Source: the human T2T-CHM13v2.0 reference genome, Homo sapiens. From it: a DNA stretch of 64,000 bases. Numbering within the stretch: the first letter of the stretch is position 1; each line of letters begins with the position of its first letter. The DNA lies in the NCBI RefSeq assembly GCF_009914755.1, contig NC_060947.1; one strand, 5' to 3'. Shown here piece by piece: positions 27,137-39,900 of the stretch. Under the pieces are notes generated by a model. It was not told the origin of the DNA and ran no database searches. It saw only the letters and a program-made list of their open reading frames with translations. A program made the translations under genes and the position numbers.

Positions 27137-27904
27137 CGCTGGCTTTTGGTTCTCTGGGTTTCCTGGATTTCTGCCCTACTAACATACTTGATTCCTGGCA
27201 GTGAGGGGTTGGTCTCCACCTGGCTGGTATCTGCATGCCAGGCTTCTGGTCTAGCTTGCAGTCTAACTCTTTCCAGGTGCATATGCTCAGATTCAAGCTC
27301 CCCAGTCGTCCCCTTGTCCTCTTGGCTGGTGGCATAACCCATGCCTGGGCATGACTTCCTGCTTATATGGACTGCTTGGAGTTTGCTTTTTTTCTGTTTG
27401 GTTGTGTGGAAGTGACCCTAAGAGATGAGCCTGGGCATATTCGAAGAGATAATGACTGAGAGGTTTAGCCATACATAAAACAAAGCAGAGCCCCAGGGAA
27501 ATCTAAAAAGTCCAAACAAGATCAACACAAAGTAAGCCACACCTCAACAGACCAAAGATCAAGAGCAAAACCTGAACGGTAGCTAGAAAAAAAGAGACTG
27601 CCTTAAAGGTGTGACTGCAGCACCAAGAGCTGGTTTTTCAATGGAAAACAGGAGTCAGGTAAAAAGAAAGCTACATATTTAAAAGATGAAAAAATATTGC
27701 TCTTAAACTGGAATTGAATATGCAGTGAAATGCAGTGAAAACATCCTTGAAAAGAAAGTCAAATACAGACACTGTGAGACAAACAACTGAGATGATTTGC
27801 CATCATCGGATCCATATATGTAAACACTAAATGATGTTATTCATTGACTGGAGTTTCTAGAAGAATGATAATTAAAATTGATAGTGAAAATTCTTTTTTG
27901 TTTG

Positions 27905-28292
27905 TATTATGAACTCAATTTGCTCCACCTCCCTCCAATTCCTACACTGAAGCTCATTAACCACCGTAATGTGTCTGTATTTGGAGCTAGGACCTGTAAG
28001 GAGGTAATTAAGGTTAAACAAGGTCATTATGGTGGACTCTGATCCAATAGGACTGAACTCCTTGTAAGAAGAGGAGATGAGGACACAGACACATACACAG
28101 AAGGACAACCATGTGAGGACACAGGGAGAAGACAGTGTCTACAAGCCAAGGAGAGAGGCCTGAGGAGGAACCAGCCCTGCCCACACCTTGATCTCAGACT
28201 TCCAGCTTCTGGAGTGTGAAAGAATAAATGTCTGTTGTTTAAATACTCTAGCCTGAGGTATTTTGTTATGGCAGCTGGAAAAGACTAAGACA
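27905..28292 (+). mobile_element. MLT1A-type MaLR solo LTR
   Basis: GAAGAGGAGATGAGGACACAGAC...GGAGAGAGGCCTGAGGAGGAACCAGCCCTGCC...GACTAAGACA. Confidence 0.85.
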
Positions 28293-30703
28293 GTTCATTT
28301 CTGACTTTTAAATGGAATGACTATTTTACCACTATGTACAGTATTAACTGTTGGTTTACAAACAGATAGGTATTCTTTATATTTATCTATTTATTCTCAG
28401 TTTATTTTGACTCTGAATATGGAATACTGCCAATTCTTTCCTAAAGTGAATTTTGAAAATACATCATTTTAAGTGACTTTGCCTATGTGAAGGATGAATT
28501 CACCATCCCTTTCACACGGTTTTGAAATAAGCAGTGAATGAATATGACTTCATGCTTCCCAAGCCTTCATCTTCGCTCAGAGATTAGGGAATATTAAAAT
28601 TCTCAAGTAGTTTTTAAAATACATTTTGTCCCCTAGAGAAATAATTATTAACATTTTGGTAAATATTTGAAAATATTTTCATGAAAAAAATTCATTTCAT
28701 ATACCATGTTGTTGAAATTAACGTAGAACTTGAAAATTATGGGCATTTTGCAATGAAGAATATCCAATGCTTTAATACAAGGGTGATAGTTTTACAGTTT
28801 CAAAAGGACTCTGTGAGAAGCCCCTGCCATACTGTTGGGAACCAAGGAAAGGGAGGCAACGACTTAATCCTTCACAAACAACTTAGGTCAAAAGATGTAC
28901 AGAAAAAAATGTAGTTAATTTGAGGAGCAATTAAATCGGAACAGGTAACACAATGATCTCACTGCGAATTCCAACACTTCTCTCTGTCCCTTGTGTTTTC
29001 CATGGTGCTGGAAAAAGATCTCGAAACCAACCCCAACATGTCATGACTAAAGTTTAACAGACAAAATACCCTAAGTTATGTTCTTATTCAGTTTTGTACA
29101 TCTACAATGACTGTCATGTAAGTAAACAGTATTTCCTGAATTAATTCTATCTGGATAACAGTTTTTCTGATGAAAACAATTACAATCCATGGAAATATTG
29201 TGTGGCTAATGAAGGAGAAAAAAATAATATTGCTTATGTGTACAAAATATTATCTATTCAAGAGACTCATAAAGAACCAGAATATTTTGAGCCATCCTGA
29301 AGATCTGCTTTCAGAGATAACGTGTACTCCTCAGCCAACAAATATTCTCACCAACATCTTCGTAAAGCAAGTCTCTCCAACCAACAATAACCACCAGAGA
29401 ATACTACAGACTTTGAAATGATACTAATATCCCTTGCTCTTTAACACTTCATTTTCTCTTTTTAGAAGATAATAGTTCTAGAGATTGCTTGTGAGACAAA
29501 GAGTCTCATGTGAGACCAAGGAGCTTTAGCCGACTGCTTGTGGAGCAGAAGAGTACAGTGCAGACTACAGAACAATGTTCTGCAGAGGCATTATTACAGA
29601 TAGGTGAAAACTCATTATTTTTCATTATAAAACTTGTTCTAATGTGCACGTTTTTTAAAATTTTGAAACACCATATAAAATGTGCCAAATTTAGCATAAC
29701 TGCCAAATGTAATCAAAGAAATATAAACTGCAGTGTCTAGACACTGACTACTGTTGCACAGCAGCATCACTCCTATTCCTTAGAATGCCGATTCTTTCAA
29801 GTATAAGACAGGTGTCTTCCAGATTATTTTTTTATATAAAACACCAAACTCCATCTGAGGATTTATGAGGTGGAAAAAAAGTCTAATAAGTAGTAATCAG
29901 TAAGTTCTTAAGTGTTGTGTATGTTTCATTTAAGTGAAATTAAGATGACGTTGATAGCGCCATCTCTTGGATGATATCAGCAGTATAACAGGTCCTTCCT
30001 AGGGGCACACAATATATAAGCAAACATTAGCTGCTAGTTACAGCACACCTGTATACATTCTACTAATCACTGTGTGTCCCTAATACGACATACTTTCAAT
30101 GAGCTATGAAAGTATAATTACTCTTTAAACTTCCTTGGCATGTATCACTCTAGTGTAAATTTGTATTACCATATCTCTGTGAAATCCATGAGCTATTCAA
30201 TGGAGTAACATCACTAAAATGTATTGAAGCAATTTGGCTAATGTGGAAGAATAAAAAAGAACGTATGTGCTTTGGCCAAGCATCAGTGTGTGTCCTTTGT
30301 CTAAAAATATAAGAATCTGGCAGCAGCTTTGGTTAAAAAACAGTAACGGACATGAGATCAAATTTACCCTGTAGGAAATTCACCCAGATGTAGATGCACA
30401 TCACTTAGATATGCATTACACCCATTTGTCTTATTCATACAAAATGGCTTAATGATTAGAAAACACCAACATAAATACTTGGGAAGGAGAAGATACTAAA
30501 TCAAAGAAGTAAGTCTTTCATTGAAAGCCTCTATTCACCACTGCAGGAGCAGGACGGCTCACTTAAAATATATAAATATCCGTTTACAGTTGGAGTACTA
30601 ATTGGGATTTTTAAAAAATTTAATTAGTCACATATATATTTTACATTTCTTGGAAGACTGTTTTTTTCTTTTTAAGGTAAAATCATGACTCTCATACAAA
30701 TAT

Positions 30704-32080
30704 CAACATGTGTCAAAAGATTTTATTAAACTAATTCAATTTGTTAGGGAAATGGTAAGATGTTACAACTGGTTAAGAGGAGCATTAAAAGTGCAGACAT
30801 ATATTCAGGCCATCAAGAATGAGGAAATGAATTTGCTAAATTGATGCAACATCAATCAATAGCCAGGGCCTGTCATTCACAGACAATCACTCCACCACAC
30901 GCACACATACATTCCTACGGTTTGTCCACAACTTCCAGAGCTGAAGAGTAGCTCAAGGACATCAAAGGGCAGAGGCCCCTAGGAAGGGCTGAGCCACAAT
31001 GAAGCAGTGCTCCTTCACTCCCGATTTCCATGGCTACCACCGTTTTTCTCTGGCAAATCAGAGACGAATTTTAAAGACTGAGTAAATCTATAAAAGCGAT
31101 TAATCACAGAAGTTCAATGTCTGATAAATTATTCCAAAAGTGTTCCTGGGCACTGAGACTCACCAAGCATACATTCTGAAATCAAATTCTATTTCTATCC
31201 AAAAAGTGCAGCCCATCAGTGTTCTTAAAGGAGGCAAATGGTTGTTGTGAGGTAGCAAACATTTTCCAATGCAGGTAAGGATGTAGATACCAGGTAAATG
31301 TTACAGTTGTGTTCATACTAACAATAAACTATGGATGACGTGGCACAGAGTCAGTCAATGAGGAAAGATCCAGAGACATTCTGAGGTCACAAAAAGAATT
31401 TAAATGTTAGCTAACAAGGAGTGCTCATCAAAAACAGGACTTTCCCACTCAGACTGCAAACCAGGCAGAACTACCATCTCGCTTTATCAGTTGTCATTGC
31501 ATGTTGACATCAACACTGAGGAGAGTGATGCAGACGATAGATATAAACATATCTACATACATATGCATACATAAAGCATATACTTATATGCATACACAGT
31601 TTACATTTCCCAGCCAGTGTTCAGAAAAACTAGAAGAGAGAAGTGATGTTCCATTTTGTCTTGGAAAAGTATATATTTTACATATACATGCATGCATATG
31701 TCTACATACATATGCATGTAATGCCTACCTGCATATTACCAAACTGATACACACATGTATATATGGAGGTGTGTGTGTATATACATGTACATTCACTTTA
31801 TCACATACTCCATCAGCTTGACTTCTGAGATGGTAATTCAAGTTTCATCTTTGTTCTGGGCTTCGTTTCTGTCTCTACTGTATTTTTTGTCTCAACCGTC
31901 AAGTCACATTTTATCAACACGTTAGACTGGGACAAACCAACATGGGATGGAAACTCCAATCTCAGGAGGCTAAAATCACAGCGCAGGTTGGGATTGAAGA
32001 GTTGCTGATTTCCTTTCCCTTTCCCCCAGCAGTGTGGACCATGAGAGTGGGCTGGGGGCGGAAGACTGAGGCCCTCCCTC
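30704..32080 (-). other. PUDP: PUDP 3' UTR (~1.4 kb)
   Basis: Largely unique sequence between the stop codon and the minus-strand AATAAA. The 3' end is approximate. Confidence 0.8.
30722..30727 (-). terminator. Main PUDP polyadenylation signal AATAAA
   Basis: Plus-strand tttatt. On the minus strand it is followed by CA ~15-20 nt later and a GU/U-rich tract (TGTTGATATTTGTATG). Confidence 0.8.
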
Positions 32081-32257
32081 TCACTCATAGGAGGGCAAAC
32101 CAAACAGCTCGGGCTGGAAGTCCTGCAGGGAATTCAGCACCAGGGTGGCCTTTGTTGTCAGATCTCGGCTCAAGTTTCCGTCAGGAACCATGACCACCTG
32201 CATCCCAGCTGCCAGGGCCGCCTCCACCCCATTGGGAGCATCTTCAAAGACAAGGCA
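32081..32257 (-). CDS. PUDP: PUDP terminal coding exon (exon 4), missed by the ORF track
   Basis: Acceptor TTTTTCTTCCTACAG|TGC. Reads [58 protein letters not shown] (HAD motif IV FED), in phase with the upstream exon; TGA at 32081-32083. Confidence 0.96.
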   Translation of the reverse strand, partial: CLVFEDAPNGVEAALAAGMQVVMVPDGNLSRDLTTKATLVLNSLQDFQPELFGLPSYE

Positions 32258-32898
32258 CTGTAGGAAGAAAAAGAAAGTCGAGATGGCCTTTTATGGAACC
32301 AGACATGTGGATGAAGTGTTTATTATCGTCGTCACCATTGGCTCTGCAACTGTGCAGAAAGAGACAGAATTACAGTGGGGGCTCCCCAGAGTAGAGATTG
32401 TGGTGAGGACAGCATGCTGTTTCTTACTGGCTCCGGGGGTCTCCCCGCCGTGGCTCCTTTAAAGGGGAGAGGTTTCTGTTGCAGCCAAAGCATTGTTGAA
32501 ATGGAGCGCAGCTGTGTGGTGAGGCAAGATTCTCAGCTTAAAACTTTATTATTTTATTGGGATCATAACAATCTGTTCAATCAATAATTGAACATTCAGA
32601 GTGTGAGAGGCAATTGCAAAACTAAAAATCATGCTCTTAAAATATAAAACCACTTCAGAGCTGCTCCTGTTTTATGTACTGTGGTTTGAAAATTAAATGG
32701 TTAGAATCTTTTAAGTTAAAAATTCAGTTCCTGTGTGTGCTAGTGTGACGTGACAAATGAGCACGAAAACGTAGTGTGCGTGCATGCTCTCTTTTGGATA
32801 ATCGCGAAAATCCACTTTATTATTGGGATTACAGACACAACACCATCCAAAACCCGTGGTCTCTTCATTCAGATACCCACATTGAAAATGGGGTGTTT

Positions 32899-33369
32899 CC
32901 TACTGGCAACTGCAAAGATATGGAACCAACCTAAGTGCCCATCCACCAATGAGCGGATAAAGAAAATGTGGCATATATACACCATGGAATACTACTCAGA
33001 CATAAAAAGGAATGAAATAATGTCTTCTGCAGCAACATGGATGGAGCTGGAGGCCATTATTCTAAGTAACTCAGGAATGGAAATCCAAATATCGTATGCT
33101 CTCACTTATAAGTGGAATCTAAGCTATGAGGATGGGAAGCCATAAGAATTCTATATAATGCATTTTGGGGACTAGCGGGGTGAGGAAGAAAAGACTACAT
33201 ACTGGGTACAGTGCACACTGTTCGGTTGACGTGTGTGCTAAAATCTCAGAAATCACTGCTAAAGAACTTATCCATGTAACCAAAAGCCACCTGTACCCTA
33301 CAGACTATTAAAATAAAAATTAAAATTAAAAAGGAAAAAAATAAAGTACTAAAAGAAAAACCAATACAT
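32899..33369 (+). mobile_element. 5'-truncated L1PB-like element
   Basis: ORF2 C-terminus IWNQPKCPSTNERIKKMWHIYTMEYYS, 3'UTR and A-tail; 14-bp TSD AAAATGGGGTGTTT (32885-32898, 33370-33383). Confidence 0.9.
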
Positions 33370-33637
33370 AAAATGGGGTGTTTGTACACTGCATTTATCA
33401 GTGAGCTCCTAAAGGTGCCACCACATTGACAATGTTACAGTAAGTTTCACATGAGGGCTCCCTCCAAAGGAGACACCCCAGAGCCTGCTCCATAGTATAA
33501 ACAAGCATAATCCACATGTGCTATCTTCATATCACCGACCCTCTCAGGAAGACATACACTTAGGAAGGAAGCTTCTTCCCTGCATTCCTAGAATGGCACA
33601 CACTTCATGTGAAAACAGATGTACTGATGCTTTTTAA

Positions 33638-34121
<484 letters not shown>

Positions 34122-35142
34122 CCCTTTGCCTTTCATTATGAAAATGTCCTCTTCGGCTCATCACCAGGTATATAGCAGCGACTCAATGCACTGGTGTCCT
34201 GGAAAGGGCTCACGGAAGCCTGATGCCAGGTCTGAAAGAGAAGCTCTGCATTCTTTGGCGTTTTCAGTAGAAAACACTGAAACACACACACAGTCTTAAC
34301 TACTAGTGGTCTGTGCTGTAGCCAGCACAATGACTTTTTTCTTTTTCCCTCCCTCCCTTTTTCTTTCCATTACCCCATTCTTTCCTTCAATCTGGGGCTA
34401 AAATATCATATTAGCCAACTTATCCCAACAGGGCTGAACCCTGGATTAAGTGAGTTAATCCATGTGACAATGGAATGTGAATGCTACCTTACTTTCACAG
34501 AGGGAACTTGGTTGGCCCAGCTGTTTCGGTTTGCTTGGAACTGAAGGGTCAGCTGTGGGGCAGGATGTTCCGTGCTACACCCTGGACAGTCCCAGGCAAG
34601 CCACAGTAGTCCGTCCCAACACCTCCCTTCCAACAGCCTCTGATGCCCCCTGGTTTCTTTCTCCTGTGAGACACTGGTCACCGTAGGACGCGAGAAGAAA
34701 TGACTCCACTTAGACTGTCCAAGTTGGTTTTCTCTGTTATCTCATTCAGTGACTACCTGTTCATGATATTTCTGCCCTTGCCTTTTTAAAAGTTATGACT
34801 TGATTGTATTCTAAATGCCCTCCACTGTTTTTATCTGGGACCAGAGATAGGCACTTAAATGTCAAATGACATTTCAAAATATCCGTCACCTTCTCCGGGG
34901 ATTCTGAAGCTTTGTGCAGGGTCCACCTGTGAAATGTGGACTGGGGTAGAGGAAGAGATGGATTATCCCCTGGGGTAACACTGCTTGGCTAAGTTGTGAA
35001 AGCAGCTTTTATTCTCTATTTGCGTGAGGCTGCTTCCAAGGAGCAAGACAGGTGTGTGGGACGGGAAATCAGTAGCTGACTGTGGCTGTTCCCAAAGAGA
35101 TAATGGAAGGCACCCAATACACCTGCACTCACCTAAAGGGGG

Positions 35143-35506
35143 TCATACAGTTTTGCTGTGTCCCTACTCAAATCTCATCTTGAAATGTAGCTCCCAGAAT
35201 CCCCACGTGTTGTGGGAGGGACCTGGTGGGAGACAATTGAATCATGGGGGCAGTTTTCCCCATACTATTCTCATGGTAGTGAATAAGTCTCACAAGATCT
35301 GATGGTTTTATAAGGGGAAACCCCTTTCGCTTGGCTCTTATTCTCTCTCTTGCCTGCTGCCATGCAAGACATACCTTTCACCTTCTGCCATGATTGTGAG
35401 GCCTCCTCATTCATGTGGAACTGTGAGTCCATTAAACCTCTTTTTCTTTGTAATTTACCCAGTCTTGGGTATGTCTTTATCAGCAGTGTGAAAATGGACT
35501 AATACA
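35143..35506 (+). mobile_element. THE1B-like MaLR solo LTR
   Basis: THE1 body ending GGACTAATACA; 5-bp TSD GGGGG. Confidence 0.9.
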
Positions 35507-35920
35507 GGGGGTCTGCAGTGGAGGGAAATGCAGGCCCCATGGTGTCCCTTCACACCTGAGAAATCTTTTCAAAGGCAGCCCCTGTTTAAAGGCAACTAAG
35601 TGAGGGCTGTGAGTGAGGAGGGAAACTTGCAAGTGTCTGCGGCACTGACAGCAGGAGCAGCTGACACCAGCTCTTGGAGACCTTTTTACTGTTTCTCATG
35701 GCTTTCACGTTTTGCTGGTTCCTCTGTGTTCAATTAATCTGTCCTCACCTATTTTTAAGAATAATCCAAAATGGCACTGACATCTGGAATACTACACACA
35801 ACATGTAAGACAAATGTCGTACATAAAGTAAGGGGGACTCGAATAAGCATGAAGAGTGGCGAAAAGTCAAGGTTGGTAACTGGTTGCTATCACAATCAAT
35901 CACAATAAGAAGGTGACGTA

Positions 35921-36295
<375 letters not shown>

Positions 36296-36962
36296 TCAAA
36301 TGATTGAGGGGAAACCTAGGAAGACAGGCCAGTTGGCTTGGGTTTTCCAGCACAAGACCCTTGCAAAGTTAACTATTCTAAAAGGTCAAAAGTAAGTACA
36401 GCCTCTGATGTAAACAGCCATGGGTGATCTCAGCCCAAAACAAACAGCAATGGGATACATGACACCCCTGGCACCTGAAACCCTCTTCTTCCTCCTCTCA
36501 TGTGGCCGCTTTGCTAACAGCTGTCAGGAGATACCTTTCCCCGACATTTGCCGGACTCTTACACTTCATGTCCGCTAACGAGAATTCCATTTGATCAAGA
36601 TGGAATTTGAAAACGGAACCTGAAGTTTCAAAAGCTGATAGAATAGTCAGCTGGAGGTGGTCGATGATGGAAACGTGCCAGGAAAACTCAACAGAACAGG
36701 AGTGGAGCAGAAGTGAGTGGTTTACAGGAAAACAGCCTGTAATACCAGGCATTGTTTGCACACAAAATTTAAAGAAAGCCCCAGACACAGGACAAAGAGA
36801 AGACATCAAACATGAGTCCTGAGAAGAAACCCCCTGGTGCTAGGCCCAGATGGCAACTGCACCACACACACAGCCTGCACGTGGGAAATGATTCGGGGTC
36901 ATGCCACAGCATCTGGAAGTTTGGGTTTTGTTGGTTTGGTTTTTTTCCCCTAGAAACAGTAG

Positions 36963-37340
<378 letters not shown>

Positions 37341-37725
37341 CCAAAAGATTTTTATGTCGTCTTTAGACTTCGTTACACCCAAAGATCTAATGCACTTGTA
37401 AATAGGACCACACCTACAAGAAAAGTACCTGGTATCTAAAAGCCTAACCATTTAAAGAATGTTCACAGCATGGCTGTCTGTCTACTGAAACTTAAGGATT
37501 TAAGAATAAATCCTTAAAAGCTATCTTGGAACAACTGTGTCTGGTAATCACAGGACTTAAGCATCAAAAAAAGAAAGAAGAATATAAGCTAAATACAGTT
37601 TATATTTTGCACAAATAAAATTAAGGAAGAAGTATGTTTCTTATCTTCGAAGGCAGAAATATCTCAACACAGTTTCCGTCTGCCACACCCAGCTACAGGG
37701 AAAGGAGGTTCACCCTGACTGAACT

Positions 37726-37807
37726 TGGCTCTCATGCTTCCTTTTAAGCACCTGGCTCTCATGCTTCCTTTTAAGCACCTGGCTCTCATGCTTCCTTTTA
37801 AGCACCT
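37726..37807. repeat. Perfect 3 x 27-bp tandem repeat
   Basis: TGGCTCTCATGCTTCCTTTTAAGCACC at 37726, 37753 and 37780 with no mismatches. Confidence 0.97.
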
Positions 37808-39024
37808 CATGTTTTCACTTAGGGGGCAGCCCTTCCTGTCCCACCATGACTGACCAATTACACTTGACCTAAAACTCATTCATACCACCACCCATACAGT
37901 GAATCATGGATTCGTATGTTTGCATCTGTAGAAAGAAACTTTTCTCTCTAAGCCAAGGGACTTCAGCCTCTGCAAGTGGGGAGTGGAGGCAGACTGACTT
38001 TTCTCTGCACGGACTTGGTGGGTTGCTCCTTTGAGGGTGGTGGCCAGGGACAGGGAAGGTGGAAGTGCCCACGGCTCCCTTCTCTTTTCTAGCAGGGCTC
38101 CTGCACCTTCAGTGAAGCCGGAGAACTGGGGTTTGGTCCAGGGGATGGCGCTGCCACCTGCACATGCTCCCGGCAGGCCTGCGGCCTACCCTGAAATCTC
38201 CCTCCTTCACCCCACATATCATCTCTGTGTCAGGACATGCACATGGATGTGTGTGTATGCATGCATATTCTATATGATTTTAATTAATTTTGTGATCATT
38301 TTGTAGTGTATTTAGTGGACCTTCTAAGGCTGACTTCCACATCTTCAAGGAAGTATCTGGTCAAGAATATTCTTGACGCAGCTTGTACAGCCTACATATC
38401 GGCTGTAACTAGGCAGGGCCCAGTTTTCACGCACCTTCCCAGGATGCCATGGCAAATCGTGAGCACTGATGAACGTCTGCTAAATTAGTGAAGATGGTGG
38501 AGGTGTCCTGGGTACAGGACTTAGAGCCACAAAGGGGCCATGGAAAGTCAGCGCTAGGGAATAGACAGAGCAAATGCAGCATCTCCTCTGCTTAGTGCAA
38601 GGGAAGTTCAGAGGCAAGCTGGAGGTCATGCAGTCAGGCGGAAGACAGAACTCTTGAATAGAATCCAGGTCTGCAGAATCCAATGTTCTTTTCACTCTAC
38701 CCAGCTGAAGGCTAAAATATATCTGATTTCCATCTCCAGGCGAGGAGATGAGCTTAATTAAACTGTAGCTTGAGGGATTTAATTTAGGGAGCATGACATT
38801 TCCAACGACAAGGGAGGTGAAGCACCTTGGCGGCTTATCACTTGGAGGTGATGAACTGACTTCTCCAACGATGTTGAAGCGCAGCAGCGACCTGGGGATG
38901 GTCTCTGTCCAGGGGACTTAAAAAGTCCTTGTACTTTAATTTCTTAAAAGACAAATATCATATAGCTTAAAAGTTCCATTTTATAACTAGCAAGTTGCAC
39001 ATAAGAGTATCTTTGTCTGACAGC

Positions 39025-39240
39025 AGCAGGGTGTCTTAGTCCCTTCAGGTTACTGTAAGAAAATACCACAGACTGGGTGGCTTAAACCCCAGACAGGGAT
39101 TTCCCATAGGTCTGGGGCCAGGCGGTGTGAGATCAGGGAGCCAGTGTGGTCTCTGGCTCCCTGGTCTCCCCCTAACGCATTACACTGGGGGTGAGGATTT
39201 CAGCATCTGAATTGGGGGAGGGAAACAGTCCAAACACAAG
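39025..39240 (-). mobile_element. MLT1 fragment
   Basis: TGTCTTAGTCC...AAATACCACAGACTGGGTGGCTTAAAC...GGGGGTGAGGATTTCAGCATCTGAATTGGGGG. Confidence 0.7.
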
Positions 39241-39249
39241 AGCAATGAA

Positions 39250-39900
39250 TAAAAATGGATGGGATTAGAGGAAAAACTGAGAAGCAATAGGGAACTGGAT
39301 GATACCTGGGATGTTAAGCCTGATGGAGAAGCTGATTCTCATGTTTCTGATGTGGTGGGTCTTGGGGCCGCCATTTTGGTGGCAGGAAGGAGAGGTAGCT
39401 TTTGTGACAAGTTGGGTTTGAGGCCATCGTGGGACACCCAAGTAGAAGGCTCGGGGTCTCCATGCACTGTGGCTGTGAGCTGGAGGTGCGGTCAGGTGTC
39501 ATCAGAGCAGAGAAGCAGTTGATTACACAGAAGGAGGAGCGCTGAGAAGGGATCCCGGCAGCCCTGGCATTTCTGTGCGGTGAGCAGACGAGGTCTATGG
39601 ATGGAGCTCTAGGTACAGTTTGGGCAGGAAGGGAACACAGTAGGAGGCAGTGTCAGGAGCTAGGTTAGGTTTTCAAGAGGGAAGGAGAAGGGCCCGCGGC
39701 TTGTGATGCTCTCGTGTTCCTCCCCAGGTCTCACTTCCCGGTGATGCTTCCACCTTTGGCTCCTCCCTGCTGCAAATCCTGTCCCCGTGGCACTTGCCCA
39801 CCATTTCTTCTCAGCAGCTGGGATCAACAGCACGTCCCATCGGGAAGCAGACAGAACAGTCACAGCAGGGAAGGAGCCAGCCCCTTTCCAATCCTGCACA
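39250..39900 (-). mobile_element. Degenerate L2 segment hosting the alternative exon
   Basis: TTGGGTTTGAGGCCATCGTGGGACACCCAAGTAGAAG resembles the reverse L2 consensus (GAGTTTGAGGTGCCTGTGGGACATCCAAGTGGAG). Confidence 0.55.
39492..39608 (-). CDS. PUDP: Alternative PUDP last exon (38-aa C-terminus) within L2-like sequence
   Basis: Acceptor TTCCCTTCCTGCCCAAACTGTACCTAG|AGC; phase-0 reading SSIHRPRLLTAQKCQGCRDPFSALLLLCNQLLLCSDDT*. 170+38=208 aa fits my recollection of an annotated short isoform. Confidence 0.7.
   Translation of the reverse strand, partial: SSIHRPRLLTAQKCQGCRDPFSALLLLCNQLLLCSDDT

Noticed and set aside
32750-33145. 131-aa ORF with WNQPKCPS...MEYYS
   Set aside because: It is the ORF2 C-terminus of a 5'-truncated L1PB and is not an independent gene.
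37664-37879. ORF with repeated ARCLKGSMR; CRISPR-like repeat
   Set aside because: It is a translation of the 27-bp tandem repeat. There are no spacers and the context is eukaryotic.
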